IMG/VR virus record: IMGVR_UViG_3300025296_000063
Span: 1-34,366 of that record
Direction: 5' to 3' (one strand)
Origin: a virus
Taxonomy: Duplodnaviria; Caudoviricetes
Length of the DNA stretch: 34,366 nt
The notes below the pieces were generated by a model that ran no database searches, had not been told where the DNA came from, and worked only from the letters and a program-made list of their open reading frames with translations. A program made the translations under genes and the position numbers. Shown in pieces: positions 34,259 to 34,366 of the stretch (position 1 is its first letter; the number at the start of each line of letters is the position of its first letter).

Positions 34259-34366
34259 ATGGCATTAACAGGAAGTACAATAGCCAGTACATATTTAAAA
34301 TTATTAAGAATAACCAACGACACTATGGGTGCAGATGCAACTGCATATTATATACAAGATAGTGCA
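34259..34366 (+). CDS. Start of a putative tail fibre/tail protein (3'-truncated)
   Basis: AGGA RBS; MALTGSTIASTYLKLL... open to the window end. Confidence 0.5.
   Translation, partial: MALTGSTIASTYLKLLRITNDTMGADATAYYIQDSA

Larger units (their letters stand above)
1..34366. mobile_element. Tailed dsDNA bacteriophage genome segment (podovirus-like); no integrase or host flank visible
   Basis: TerL-portal-scaffold-capsid-adaptor gene order, replication/recombination module, dense overlapping genes in two long divergent transcription arms. Confidence 0.96.

Overview
The whole window is part of a tailed dsDNA bacteriophage genome (Caudoviricetes, podovirus-like layout). It is AT-rich, and I see no host genes, integrase, tRNA or CRISPR array. 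There are three blocks. (1) 1-5341 (+): the end of a virion module, with a very large internal-virion-like protein and a 455-aa protein carrying an HExxH motif. (2) 5426-21534 (-): an early/middle arm encoding a beta-class DNA methyltransferase, two small PD-(D/E)XK-like proteins, a SET-domain protein, a DnaB helicase, a Cas4-like exonuclease, a Rad52/Sak-like annealase, an SSB-like protein, an RHH regulator, a ParB-like protein, a MoxR AAA+/vWA pair and many small unknowns. (3) 22192-34366 (+): a late arm encoding a metallophosphoesterase, TerS, TerL, portal, scaffold, major capsid protein, head-tail proteins and the start of a tail-fibre-like gene. A repeat-rich non-coding region of about 650 bp (21535-22191) separates the divergent arms. 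The most notable observations are: a SET methyltransferase gene directly behind two genes that share a 16-aa peptide motif; several very short protamine/histone-tail-like K/R-rich peptides, two of them absent from the ORF track; three promoters of the form TTGAA(A/C)-16/17-TAA(A/T)TT, each followed exactly 6 nt later by a start codon (apparent leaderless transcription); shared TATAGTATATA inverted repeats at two promoters; several intergenic hairpins that are not terminators; and apparent GATC avoidance. All product calls come from motif recognition by eye, not from database searches.
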